The notes beneath the pieces were generated by a model, which had not been told where the DNA came from, ran no database searches, and saw nothing but the letters and a program-made list of their open reading frames with translations. From positions 1-32,728 of the IMG/VR virus record IMGVR_UViG_2663762948_000007: a stretch of DNA of 32,728 nucleotides; one strand, 5' to 3'. A program made the position numbers and the translations under genes. Numbering within the stretch: position 1 is the stretch's first letter; the number at the start of each line of letters is the position of its first letter. The DNA is from a virus (lineage: Duplodnaviria; Heunggongvirae; Uroviricota; Caudoviricetes). Below are positions 8,461 through 17,828 of this stretch, piece after piece.

Positions 8461-9681
8461 TTACGCGCCGCCACCTGCTGAAGGCGCAGTGAAGGAGCCG
8501 TAGATGAACGCCTCAGGGCGTTTCACCGCCAGGGCCAGACGCTCTTCGCAGCGAATCGAGATCATGTTTTTCTCAAAGTCGTCGGCGTTCTCAGTGGAGA
8601 TCACCACGTTGGCGTCTTCACGGTCAAACAGCTGTGCCGCAGCGTTGAATGCACCGGTCAGGAACTTGCCCTGGAATGCTGCGGCTTCGGTTGCTACCAC
8701 CGGCAGGCCCCAAAGGGTAGGGCCAGTCAGGGCCGCTGGGTTCGCCAGGATATAGCGGCCCAGCGTGTCTTTGGTGAGTTCAATCTTCGCCCAGTCGATG
8801 AAGTGCAGGACGTGGCCGGAAGCCGGGAAGCGTGCCAGCTGAGCCTGCAGCATTGCGAGGCGCAGATCGTCGATGCCGTTCTGTTGTTCTACGGCGAACG
8901 CAGCATCGTATGCCGAGGCCTGCGGAACGATGCCTTTCAGGTGCGCACCGGTACCGTCGCCAAAGAGAATTTCCTGTTCTTCCACATACTTCAGTCCGTA
9001 ACGCATCTCGGCGTCGATAGTGGACTGCAGCTGCGCGAAGTCATCCAGAATCTGTTTGGACGCCTTGAACATGTGCGCGATGGTGGTGACCGGCGTGATC
9101 TGCGTGGCGAACTGGATATCGCTGTACGGCTTGGCGGTGCCTTCCGGCACAACTTTCGCCGCATTGGTGAAGCCGGTTTGCTGCACCCAGAAGATGGCCG
9201 GTGCTGAGGTGCGGCCAGGCGCGATCAGATCGCGGATGAAAAGGCGCTGTTTCGGTGCGGTGTCGATACCCGGCAGACGCTGCGGTTCAACCACGCCGGT
9301 GACGACATCCGTGGAAATAAGCGCTGCGTTCACCGGTACGCTGACGCGCTTACCGCCTTCCACGCTTGCCGCGAATGCTTTCAGTGCTTCGCTGCTGATG
9401 ACGGTCTGGCCAACGGTCTCGATCACATTTGCAGCGTTGGCCAGCGGCATCTGGGCAACATGTTGCTCCAGTTCGCCCATTGCGGCCTTCAGGGTTTTTT
9501 CAGCTTCACGCAGCGCATTTAACTCAGAAGCCATTTTATCAACGGCAGCTTTTGTTTCTTCTGACAGCCTGCCTGACTTCTGCGCCTCTTTGAGTGCGTC
9601 TTCTGCTTTCGCGTTGAATTTTCCGGTCGCCTCTTCAATGCTGGCGCTGACTTTTTTCAGGATCTCATTTACATCAGACAT
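8461..9681 (-). CDS. Major capsid protein, HK97 fold, with N-terminal coiled-coil delta domain
   Basis: 406 aa; position after protease; coiled-coil-like N-terminal 100 aa. Confidence 0.9.
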   Translation of the reverse strand: MSDVNEILKKVSASIEEATGKFNAKAEDALKEAQKSGRLSEETKAAVDKMASELNALREAEKTLKAAMGELEQHVAQMPLANAANVIETVGQTVISSEALKAFAASVEGGKRVSVPVNAALISTDVVTGVVEPQRLPGIDTAPKQRLFIRDLIAPGRTSAPAIFWVQQTGFTNAAKVVPEGTAKPYSDIQFATQITPVTTIAHMFKASKQILDDFAQLQSTIDAEMRYGLKYVEEQEILFGDGTGAHLKGIVPQASAYDAAFAVEQQNGIDDLRLAMLQAQLARFPASGHVLHFIDWAKIELTKDTLGRYILANPAALTGPTLWGLPVVATEAAAFQGKFLTGAFNAAAQLFDREDANVVISTENADDFEKNMISIRCEERLALAVKRPEAFIYGSFTAPSAGGGA

Positions 9682-9693
9682 AATATCTCCGTT

Positions 9694-10548
9694 TTACTGG
9701 GCAGCCGCTTTCAGGCCGCTGAGTGCGGCTTCCAGTCGGTCAATGGTTTCGTTTTCGATGGTGGCAGCGCTCGGCGTGCCTTTTTGGTCAGAAGCAGCGC
9801 CTGGCTTGCTCCCGGATAAGGCTTTAATGAGTTTTCTGCGCTCAGAGCGCGGGGTGTTGGTTTTAGCCAGCAGCGCATCAAGTTTGCGAATCGCGGCCGC
9901 AGGTGATTCATCGCCATCACTGACTGCATCAGCAGAAAGCAGGCTGTCTGCCAGTCCCTTCGCCACAGCGTCACTGCCACCGATATAACTCTCGGCGTCC
10001 ATCAGTTTCTGAACGGCTGCCATATCAAGGCCGGAACGCGCCGCGTAGATGTCTGCCATAGCGGTATCGAACGGCTCAAGAGACTGTGCCAGTTCCGCAA
10101 AGTCATGGCGGTTACCCATCGCGTAGACCCAGCAGTTGTGGATCATCAGGAAGGCACCACGGCCGATCTGAATTTCATCCCCGGCCATCGCAATGACCGA
10201 GGCGGCGCTGGCGGCAATACCGAGCACCTTCACAGTCACACGGCCTTCGTATTCACGCAGAAGGTTGTAGATGGCCAGGCCTTCGAACATGTCCCCGCCA
10301 GGGGAGTTAATATTGACCGTGACGTCGGCGCCATTCATCGCCCGAAGCGCACCGGCGATACGTTTGGCTGTTACGCCTTCACCCCAGTAGTCCTGCCCGA
10401 TCACATCAAAAACAGAAATACTGTTGTCGTCGGTGGCCGCAGCTTTGATCCCGCCGTCCCAGCGGTCCAGTGCGGACGGTAATGGTTCACAGGTAACGCG
10501 CGCGCAGGGGCGACCCGCCGGTGCTACCGGAAGTTGTTTTTTGCTCAT
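9694..10548 (-). CDS. Head maturation protease, ClpP/S49 fold, with C-terminal scaffold-like extension
   Basis: INSPGG signature and ClpP-like core; Ala/Ser-rich C-terminal tail. Confidence 0.85.
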   Translation of the reverse strand: MSKKQLPVAPAGRPCARVTCEPLPSALDRWDGGIKAAATDDNSISVFDVIGQDYWGEGVTAKRIAGALRAMNGADVTVNINSPGGDMFEGLAIYNLLREYEGRVTVKVLGIAASAASVIAMAGDEIQIGRGAFLMIHNCWVYAMGNRHDFAELAQSLEPFDTAMADIYAARSGLDMAAVQKLMDAESYIGGSDAVAKGLADSLLSADAVSDGDESPAAAIRKLDALLAKTNTPRSERRKLIKALSGSKPGAASDQKGTPSAATIENETIDRLEAALSGLKAAAQ

Positions 10549-10561
10549 CAGGAAAGTGCTC

Positions 10562-11866
10562 CTAAGCGGCCTGTTTCATCGGAGATTGTTCAAAGGAAAT
10601 ATCGGGGAATACGTGGTTATGCAGTTCTCTCAGGGCCAGAGCCTGAACAGCAGGATTGCTGCTTTCGAGATTTTTCAGTTGCGTCAGGTTGAGCTGAACG
10701 GTGTAAATGTCACCCCCTTCAATCGGTGGCATATTCTCAAGACGGCGCACGTCATTGCGGGACATCCACCCATTCTGGAGCGCACTGGTATAGTACGCAG
10801 CACGGCCCGCGCTGTCGGCGCGCAGCAGTCCTTCTACAGAGAACTCCGCGAAAACCTCATCATCGCTGTCCAGCAGGCACCGTCCTATTTCCTGCTCTAT
10901 GTTCACCAGCAGGGGGCGCAGGGTGTGCGTCAGGAACTGGAGGTTCATACCCTCAAGACTCGATGCCCAGCTGCTCTGTTTCGATGTGTGGCCGACCATA
11001 AATGGCGGTACGCGGAACCATCTGCAGATTTCCTCGATGCTGAACGACCGCGACTCAAGCATCTGCGCTGCTTCCGGGTTCATAGTGACGTTCTGATATT
11101 TCAGCCCGCCCTCAAGAACCATAATTTTTCCGGCGTTTTTAGAACCGGTAAAGGCCTGCATATAGCCCCGAAGTCGCTCTCTTTGATCCTTATCAAGCGC
11201 CACGTCAGCTGAAAGAAACCCGGAGCTTTGCAGGCCATTTTCGAAAATCTTTGCAGCGGATTCTTCGACGGCCATCGCCGCGCCGATCACGTCACGACCT
11301 GTCATCATTGGCATCATGCCGCAGACACCATCAAGGCCAAATCCCCGGATGTGCATCAGGTTCTTTTCGGGAATAACTCGTTTTTTGCCGTCCTCGGTGT
11401 AGGTGTATTCCAGCCTCCCGGTATCCAGCCGCTTTACTACCATGTTCTGGGGCATCAATGGCACCAGAGAAACCAGCTTATTGCCGATAAACAGCTTCTC
11501 GACAAAGGCATTACCGCGTAGGCAAATACTGGCGACCACCATCAACATAAAGCGTGATGGTGTCATTTCTGAATTGGGTCGGCGGCACAGTATCGAATAA
11601 GCCGGATGATCTGTTGCCGCTTTACGCGAACCGTCAGGCTGTCGAACGTATATTTTCAGCGGAAGGGTTGAAATAGACTCGCTTAACAGCCTTACGCATG
11701 CCCATACAGCCGATAGCTGGATGGCTTTATCGGCCGTGACCACCTTTCCGCTGCTGCTGGTACCAAACCATTCCTCCCAGAACGTGCCGGTAGTCAGGCT
11801 GATAGGCACACCAAGCCAGTTAAGCAGAGCGCTTTTCACCCTGCCTGGCTGTTTGTTTTTTTTCAT
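10562..11866 (-). CDS. Portal protein
   Basis: 434 aa, position between terminase and protease. Confidence 0.9.
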   Translation of the reverse strand: MKKNKQPGRVKSALLNWLGVPISLTTGTFWEEWFGTSSSGKVVTADKAIQLSAVWACVRLLSESISTLPLKIYVRQPDGSRKAATDHPAYSILCRRPNSEMTPSRFMLMVVASICLRGNAFVEKLFIGNKLVSLVPLMPQNMVVKRLDTGRLEYTYTEDGKKRVIPEKNLMHIRGFGLDGVCGMMPMMTGRDVIGAAMAVEESAAKIFENGLQSSGFLSADVALDKDQRERLRGYMQAFTGSKNAGKIMVLEGGLKYQNVTMNPEAAQMLESRSFSIEEICRWFRVPPFMVGHTSKQSSWASSLEGMNLQFLTHTLRPLLVNIEQEIGRCLLDSDDEVFAEFSVEGLLRADSAGRAAYYTSALQNGWMSRNDVRRLENMPPIEGGDIYTVQLNLTQLKNLESSNPAVQALALRELHNHVFPDISFEQSPMKQAA

Positions 11867-13602
11867 CAGAAACCTACCATGATGGGATTATTGAAGAATC
11901 CGGAGAGATCCTGCTGGTCGTTGCCACCGTTAACCAGAACGCGGCTCATTGCTGTGAACAAGGCCGCAGGGCCATCAATTTTGGCCTCTGGTGTGGACTT
12001 ATTCGGGAAAATGTTCTCGTTCCGGTCAGGTTTGACGGTTACGTTGGACATCATCCAGTTCATCACCGGGTGATCGCTGTGATGGAAGCGGCCACCGTAT
12101 ACCAGCGCTTCGACCTCTTTCATCGCCTCAGAGAAATTGCGAACCGTCTGCGGCACTTCCACCAGCGGCAACCCTTCTTCTGCCAGCGCAAGGCTGAACT
12201 GCGTCGCACTCCACGGGTCGAAGCCAATTTCTTTCAGGCTCTCGCCAGCAACCCACAGCTGTAGCTCTTCCTTAATCTGAGCATGGTCGATTACATCACC
12301 GTCGGTAAGGATCAGCTTGTCCATCCCGGCCCACTTACGATAGAGCTCTGCCATCTGGCGTGAACATTTCTCAAGGCGTCCTTCCGGTAGCCAGAATTTG
12401 AAATCCGCATGAACGTGGCCATCTGGCGCCCGCCAGACTTTAGCGGCCGCACAGATATCAATTTTGTTTGACAGGTCAACGCCCACCCAGGAGGGATAGG
12501 TTTTAAGTTCGTGCTGCGGGGCGATAAACTCGCATTTCTCCCATTTCATCATGTCCATCCAGGCTGACTCAGCGGTAACCCAGATATTCATGTGCTTGGT
12601 GAAAAAGTTAATTCTGGCCGAAACTTGCTCTTTCGCCTTTTTAGCCAGGCGGCGCAGGTCATCCCAGCGCTTACAGATACCCAGCCCCGGATTCGCCTTC
12701 TGCCAGACTTTTTCATCAAAGGGATCGTCACCTTCATCTAAGGTGTAGATAATGGCAAAAAACGTATCGTCTTTTACCAGCCCACGCAGCACCTTGATGG
12801 CGTAATCACGCAATTCGTAGCAGATGCCTTCTTTGTTGAAACCGGCGGTGGTGATACCGAAAAGCAGCGATTGCAGACGCGCACCGGTTGCCGTCTCCAG
12901 AACGTCCCAGACGTCACGGGTTTTGTGAGCATGCAGCTCGTCTACGATAGCGCAGTGGATGTTCAGACCATCGAGGTTGTTCGCATCTGATGATAATGGC
13001 TCGAACTTGGAGGCCGTTTGCTCCTGGTAGATAGCGAGCTTGTTGAATTCGAAGATCCGCCCAAGCGTGGCTTTCGCCTTTTTGACCATATTCTTCGCGT
13101 CTTCAAAAACAATTCGAGCCTGGTCACGGGTGGTTGCAGCGGAATAAACCTCAGCACCGCCCTCGCCGTCGGCGCCAGCCATATAAAGCCCCACGCCGGA
13201 GCAAAGCGTTGATTTGGCATTTTTACGGGCTACCTCAACATCTGCTGTACGAAAGCGCCTAACCATTACTGGACGACCGCTGCCGTCATTACGCAGGACG
13301 GTTTCTCCCGTTTCTTCGTTAACCAGCGGGATAACGAAACCAAAAATATTAATCAGGATGAAAACGTGCCAGTCCATCAGCTCAATAGGCTGTCCTGCCA
13401 GCGCGCCTTTTACGTGAGGCACAAAATTATAGAAATTCAGAATGTGCTGTGCGCGCGGCTCACTGAAGAAAATACCGCGCTCTTCGCCGTGTGCCAGATC
13501 GTCAAGGAAACGCTGACAGGCAAGGCGCACATACTCACAGGCAATAATTTCCCCCGCCACCACCCTCTCGGCGTAGCGGATGCCTTCTGCAACCTTAGCC
13601 AT
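11866..13602 (-). CDS. Terminase large subunit
   Basis: 578 aa, ATPase N-terminus and nuclease C-terminus pattern. Confidence 0.9.
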   Translation of the reverse strand: MAKVAEGIRYAERVVAGEIIACEYVRLACQRFLDDLAHGEERGIFFSEPRAQHILNFYNFVPHVKGALAGQPIELMDWHVFILINIFGFVIPLVNEETGETVLRNDGSGRPVMVRRFRTADVEVARKNAKSTLCSGVGLYMAGADGEGGAEVYSAATTRDQARIVFEDAKNMVKKAKATLGRIFEFNKLAIYQEQTASKFEPLSSDANNLDGLNIHCAIVDELHAHKTRDVWDVLETATGARLQSLLFGITTAGFNKEGICYELRDYAIKVLRGLVKDDTFFAIIYTLDEGDDPFDEKVWQKANPGLGICKRWDDLRRLAKKAKEQVSARINFFTKHMNIWVTAESAWMDMMKWEKCEFIAPQHELKTYPSWVGVDLSNKIDICAAAKVWRAPDGHVHADFKFWLPEGRLEKCSRQMAELYRKWAGMDKLILTDGDVIDHAQIKEELQLWVAGESLKEIGFDPWSATQFSLALAEEGLPLVEVPQTVRNFSEAMKEVEALVYGGRFHHSDHPVMNWMMSNVTVKPDRNENIFPNKSTPEAKIDGPAALFTAMSRVLVNGGNDQQDLSGFFNNPIMVGF

Positions 13603-14075
13603 TAATCCCTCGCTTTCATAAACTCGGCCAGCGGGTCAACCGCATCAGGGCCTTTTGCATTCACTTTCGAGCGACTGGCTGGCGTCATGCCGAACTCACC
13701 AAGCATGGCGCGCAGACGTTTCCAGGCATCAGCTTTCATGATGGCGGCGGGATGAGCCTTGATCAGCACATCCCCGCTCTGCGTTTCGGTCCGGTAGGTG
13801 TAGCCCTCAACTTCAAGCGTGTCGCAGTGATGCCGGTATTCGGTATAAGCCTCAACCAGCAGCTCAAGGGCTCTGGCGTCCAGCTGAGACATCACACCGA
13901 TAGCATCAAGCTCGTCGGCCATCCGTTTAAACCAGTATTTCCCCTGCTTGTCGAAATGCTTCGGCGTTGTGGGTACCCCTGAAGGGGGTTTTGGTTCGTT
14001 CTCATTGATTGGGCGCTTTGATGGGTTACCCCTCACCAAACGTAGATGGGTCGGGGTTTTCGGTGGTCCAGACAT
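13602..14075 (-). CDS. Terminase small subunit (P27 family)
   Basis: 157 aa, directly upstream of and overlapping TerL start; HNH partner adjacent. Confidence 0.8.
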   Translation of the reverse strand: MSGPPKTPTHLRLVRGNPSKRPINENEPKPPSGVPTTPKHFDKQGKYWFKRMADELDAIGVMSQLDARALELLVEAYTEYRHHCDTLEVEGYTYRTETQSGDVLIKAHPAAIMKADAWKRLRAMLGEFGMTPASRSKVNAKGPDAVDPLAEFMKARD

Positions 14076-14272
14076 AATCGAAAACTCCTATTAATCATCG
14101 AATGGGGGACCCCATAAAAAAGTTTTCTAACCTGCGGCGATGTGAAAAGAGGTTAGGCGGCGGTCCTTAGCAGCATGGGGTCTGAACTTTTGACCCGCCC
14201 CCCAGCAAATGATAATCGTTTTCATTAAATATGAAATGATTGCATTTGAAATCAAATATTTGATATTGATTC
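14076..14272. other. Putative cos (cohesive end) region between HNH and small terminase genes
   Basis: Nested inverted repeats GACCCCAT...ATGGGGTC and CTAACCT...AGGTTAG, then AT-rich palindromic tract; position as in HK97-type packaging modules. Confidence 0.4.
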
Positions 14273-14623
14273 TCATTTGAACCGTTCGCGGCCAGTCTTC
14301 GACCTATGACAGGGCCAGCAAAGAGATTCGAGGTTGCTCATGTCGTCCGTGCCACCATTGGCCTTAGCGATGATGTGGTCAACGGTCTTTGCGGGAGAGA
14401 TCAGATTGTTGCGCTTGCAGTTCTGGCACAAATGTTTGTCCCGAGTAAGCACGGTGGCTCTTAGAACATCCCATTTGCTACCATATCCCCGTTGCTGTCG
14501 GCTCTGACCTCGTTGATGCTGTTGCCAGCCTTCATTGCGGTGTTTATCACAATAGCCTGAGCGGTCAGTGGTTGTGCCAGGGCAGCCACGCTTGCGGCAT
14601 GCTCTCGGTATTAACGCAGGCAT
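14273..14623 (-). CDS. HNH endonuclease (terminase-associated)
   Basis: Cys-rich HNH motifs; SD GGAGG 8 nt before ATG at 14623 (ORF track start 14638 is GTG). Confidence 0.85.
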   Translation of the reverse strand: MPALIPRACRKRGCPGTTTDRSGYCDKHRNEGWQQHQRGQSRQQRGYGSKWDVLRATVLTRDKHLCQNCKRNNLISPAKTVDHIIAKANGGTDDMSNLESLCWPCHRSKTGRERFK

Positions 14624-14627
14624 CAGG

Positions 14628-14723
14628 CTAACCTCCACGCCCGACGGCGTTCTGGTTCATGACCAGCTTGTAAATCTCTAACTGGAATTTCTGTTCTTCA
14701 GTCATGGGAATAATCTCTGCCAT
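14628..14723 (-). CDS. Possible 31-aa small protein (MAEIIPMTEEQKFQLEIYKLVMNQNAVGRGG)
   Basis: ATG with SD GGAG at 8 nt; stop 2 nt before the HNH start, suggesting translational coupling; below ORF-track threshold. Confidence 0.3.
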   Translation of the reverse strand: MAEIIPMTEEQKFQLEIYKLVMNQNAVGRGG

Positions 14724-15025
14724 TGTTGGCTCCGTTTATCCGTTAAAAGGGATATCAGTTAAGTTATCCCGTGTAGGGTATAAGCCATTGTCGAGACCAC
14801 TCATTGAATGGTCTCTGCAATAACCGATGTCTTTCCATCAGTCCGCCACCACAAAGAATCTTTTTTGCCATAAGGCAGGAGGTTCATCTTTCAGTGGCTG
14901 CCAGTGTTATTTCCCCACTTACTGGCTTGGGTTGCTTCGTGGTACTGCCGTAACTGGTTGCCAAGAATAAATTCCGGTTTCATTATCAAGCCCACCCGTA
15001 GATGGGCTTTGTAATGCCTACATGG

Positions 15026-15496
15026 TTAAATGATTTGCCAGTCTTCGGACAGAACATCAGTCTGACTAGCCAGCCACGGTACTAATTTATCGTCCGCTGT
15101 CTTCATGCAAATGCATGGCAGCGTCACAAGGCCATTAACTCCGTCCAGGTCACACTCAAACCCCCAAGCATTCTGCTGGATAATGAACAGATACATCCCC
15201 TTACCATTCCAGCCAGCACGGGCAACTTTATTCCCCAACTTGAGCGCTTCAATGGCAAGGCCGAAACTTAGCCCTGATACCGGACGATAAGCCTTTTCGA
15301 ATACTTCTTTTGGACTCCAGCTAACGTAGCCATCAAAGCGATCGGTGTTAGGTTTTCCGCCATCAAGATATTCAACCAGATAGCCTTCATCCTCGCCGTT
15401 TTCTCCGGCAGGAAGCTGCCAGCCACGAAAATCGTTATATGCCTGTCTCGTCATCAGAAAGGCGTTAATCAGTTTTACGCCAATATGCTGGGTCAT
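15026..15496 (-). CDS. DUF2829 (Tad2-like) domain protein with about 75-aa N-terminal extension
   Basis: C-terminal half carries recalled DUF2829 hallmarks (ALKxGxKVARxGWNGKGMYL ... LVPWLASQTDVLSEDW); sits in post-Rz moron slot. Confidence 0.55.
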   Translation of the reverse strand: MTQHIGVKLINAFLMTRQAYNDFRGWQLPAGENGEDEGYLVEYLDGGKPNTDRFDGYVSWSPKEVFEKAYRPVSGLSFGLAIEALKLGNKVARAGWNGKGMYLFIIQQNAWGFECDLDGVNGLVTLPCICMKTADDKLVPWLASQTDVLSEDWQII

Positions 15497-15518
15497 AAAA
15501 TTACCTATAGAGTTGGGA

Positions 15519-15542
15519 ATAAAAAGCCCCGCATCGCGAGGC
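15519..15542 (-). terminator. Intrinsic terminator-like hairpin between Rz and the DUF2829 gene
   Basis: Minus strand GCCTCGC-GAT-GCGGGGC followed by TTTTTATT. Confidence 0.45.
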
Positions 15543-15574
15543 TCATTAAATGGACTTTGTGATTTGCAAAAAAA

Positions 15575-16012
15575 TTATTTCAGGCATTGCGTCCTGATGT
15601 ACTCCTGCAGGTAGTTAACCTGCGCGGTTATCCTGTCGATTCCACTTCGGAGACGGTAATAATTGAGTTCAGCATCTGCTGTAAGTCTTGGGCTTTCTCC
15701 ATCGCCCATGCTGCTGGCTCCGGTCGTTGACTTTGTACAGGTGGCGGCGACTTGCAGGCGCTTACGACCAGCAGAAACATCAGCACGGAGACTTTCGATA
15801 GTCGCGTTAGCATCAGCAAGCTCCTTTGTGTATCTGGCGTCAAGTTCTGCTACATCACGTTGACGCTTCTGCATGTCAGCGATTGTGGATGTGGCTTTAT
15901 CGCGCTGCTCTTTGTAGGTAATGGCGTTATCACGGTAATGATTAACAGCCCATGACAGGCAGACGATGATGCAGATAACCAGAGCGGAGATAATCGCGGT
16001 TACTCTGCTCAT
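15575..16012 (-). CDS. Rz: Spanin inner-membrane subunit Rz
   Basis: N-terminal TM then coiled-coil periplasmic domain; follows R. Confidence 0.85.
   Translation of the reverse strand: MSRVTAIISALVICIIVCLSWAVNHYRDNAITYKEQRDKATSTIADMQKRQRDVAELDARYTKELADANATIESLRADVSAGRKRLQVAATCTKSTTGASSMGDGESPRLTADAELNYYRLRSGIDRITAQVNYLQEYIRTQCLK
15628..15813 (-). CDS. Rz1: Spanin outer-membrane lipoprotein Rz1, embedded in the +1 frame of Rz
   Basis: Signal peptide with lipobox VSAC, Pro-rich mature part; SD AAGGAG; fully nested in Rz. Confidence 0.75.
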   Translation of the reverse strand: MLTRLSKVSVLMFLLVVSACKSPPPVQSQRPEPAAWAMEKAQDLQQMLNSIITVSEVESTG

Positions 16013-16485
16013 GCATGACTCTCTCTGACCGTTCCGCCTGCTTCTTTGAATTTTGCAATCAGGCTGTCAGCCTTATGCTCGAACTGACCATAACCAGCCC
16101 CCGGAAGTGAAGCCCAGATATTACTGCAACGGTCGATAGCCTGACGAATATCACCGCGATCAATCATCGGCAAAGCGCCACGCTCCTTAATCTGCTGCAG
16201 CGCAACAGCATCCTGGCTTTTCGGAGAGAAGTCTTTCAGTCCAAGTTGCTTACGGTAAGCATCCCACCAACGGGAAAGAAGCTGGTAGCGCCCGGCTGCT
16301 GTTGATTTGAGTTTTGGGTTTAGCGTGACAAGTTTGCGAGGGTGATCGGAGTAATCAGTAAATAGCTCTCCGCCTACAATGACGTCATAACCATGATTTC
16401 TGGTTTTCTGCCGTCCGTTATCAGTTCCCTCTGACCACGCCAGCATATCGAGGAACGCCTTACGTTGATTATTGATTTCCACCAT
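16009..16485 (-). CDS. R: Endolysin, lambda R-type lytic transglycosylase
   Basis: Matches lambda R almost residue-for-residue from memory ([35 protein letters not shown]...). Confidence 0.95.
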   Translation of the reverse strand: MVEINNQRKAFLDMLAWSEGTDNGRQKTRNHGYDVIVGGELFTDYSDHPRKLVTLNPKLKSTAAGRYQLLSRWWDAYRKQLGLKDFSPKSQDAVALQQIKERGALPMIDRGDIRQAIDRCSNIWASLPGAGYGQFEHKADSLIAKFKEAGGTVRESHA

Positions 16486-16792
16486 CTTCTACTCCGGCTT
16501 TTTTAGCAGCGAAGCGTTTGATAAGCGAACCAATCGAGTCAGTACCGATGTAGCCGATAAACACGCTCGTTATATAAGCGAGATTGCTACTTAGTCCGGC
16601 GAAGTCGAGAAGGTCACGAATGAACCAGGCGATAATGGCGCACATCGTTGCGTCGATTACTGTTTTTGTAAACGCACCGCCATTATATCTGCCGCGAAGG
16701 TACGCCATTGCAAACGCAAGGATTGCCCCGATGCCTTGTTCCTTTGCCGCGAGAATGGCGGCTAACAGGTCATGTTTTTCTGGCATCTTCAT
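16469..16792 (-). CDS. S: Holin/antiholin S (dual-start MKM motif)
   Basis: Matches lambda S from memory; Met1-Lys2-Met3 gives S107 and S105 starts at 16792 and 16786. Confidence 0.95.
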   Translation of the reverse strand: MKMPEKHDLLAAILAAKEQGIGAILAFAMAYLRGRYNGGAFTKTVIDATMCAIIAWFIRDLLDFAGLSSNLAYITSVFIGYIGTDSIGSLIKRFAAKKAGVEDGGNQ

Positions 16793-17692
16793 GTCTTACC
16801 CCCAATAAGGGGATTTGCTCTATTTAATTAGGAATAAGGTCGATTACTGATAGAACAAATCCAGGCTACTGTGTTTAGTAATCAGATTTGTTCGTGACCG
16901 ATATGCACGGGCAAAACGGCAGGAGGTTGTTAGCGCAGCCTCCTGCCACCCGCTTTCACGAAGATCATGTGTAGAAGGCCGCAGCGTAACTATCACTGAT
17001 GAATTCAGGATAGCCAGTGGCTACGGCTCAGTTTGGGTTGTGGCGGTCGGTGCTGAACTCCGACTTAATGACGATAGGCGTGTACCGACGCCTCGTTTTA
17101 CTTCCTCCGCTTTCACGGCTTCACCCTAGACCAGCTTTACGAAATCCTCGTAAACCTAACCGCGGCAGATATGACCGGCACGGTGTGCCATATCACGGAC
17201 CGGCGGGTGTCTCGTTCACCTGATTAACGCATCAGCCTGCGTATTCACCACAACGATAAGAGCACTTGCGGAGTCGAACCGCCTTGGCTTCTAGAACTTT
17301 CGCATATAGCTAATCGCTAGTCTCCGTCACCAGTAATGCTCTTTCCGTTGTGTGCCCATTATTAATCACACCGGGCCAGTGCGCCAGATTCGTTGATGAG
17401 GAACTGGAATACCTCACTGGTGTTTAGCGGTTAAGCTACGGCCAGATACATTTCTTCGTTTGCATTTATCTTTGTGATCAGTTTCTAAAAAACCGCAAAG
17501 TCGCTTACGAAAACCATCGGAAAGAACACATCTGTCTGCCGGGTCTCTGAATGTTCTTCCAATCCAGCCCTATCAGTGCGTCGATATGCTCTTACCTGAT
17601 AGCCTTCAATCTGGCTCAGGACTCTCGCGTATGAGTGTCAACGTGTCGTGCAGCACGCATTAACTCGAAGGTCCTGACCGGATTGCAGAAAT

Positions 17693-17722
17693 GAAAAAGC
17701 CCCGAGCTATTAACTCAGGGCT
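17693..17722 (-). terminator. tR'-like intrinsic terminator about 45 nt downstream of pR'
   Basis: Minus strand AGCCCTGAG-TTAATAG-CTCGGGGCT followed by TTTTTCATTT. Confidence 0.6.
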
Positions 17723-17766
17723 TTATTTAACGAGTGCATTTATCCATTGTTGGGTCAAATTTACCC

Positions 17767-17795
17767 AACTTTATTCAAAAAGTCAATATCATGCC
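17767..17795 (-). promoter_or_regulatory. Late promoter pR' (with Q-utilisation region)
   Basis: Minus strand TTGACT-17 nt-TAAATT immediately downstream of Q, as in lambda. Confidence 0.6.
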
Positions 17796-17828
17796 GTTAA
17801 TATGTTGCCATCCGTGGCAATCATGCTG

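Noticed and set aside
9020-9988. Long plus-strand ORFs (322 aa, and others at 6761-7489, 10424-11212, 4026-4565, 3528-3914) overlapping structural genes
   Set aside because: They lie antisense to well-supported capsid, protease, portal, neck and tape-measure genes, are low-complexity (Ala/Ser/Arg-rich) and lack ribosome binding sites; typical antisense artefacts.
14827-14973. 48-codon plus-strand ORF in the region between the DUF2829 gene and HNH
   Set aside because: Wrong strand for the late operon, no start-proximal SD, Cys/Gly-rich low-complexity translation.
17255-17345. tRNA-like T-arm motif (minus strand GGCGGTTCGACTCCGC) in the Q-S intergenic region, where some lambdoid phages carry tRNA genes
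   Set aside because: No acceptable D-arm or 7-nt anticodon loop could be folded, the T-stem has a mismatch, there is no CCA end, and the surrounding sequence looks like diverged lambda non-coding DNA. Treated as chance resemblance; tRNAscan-SE would settle it.
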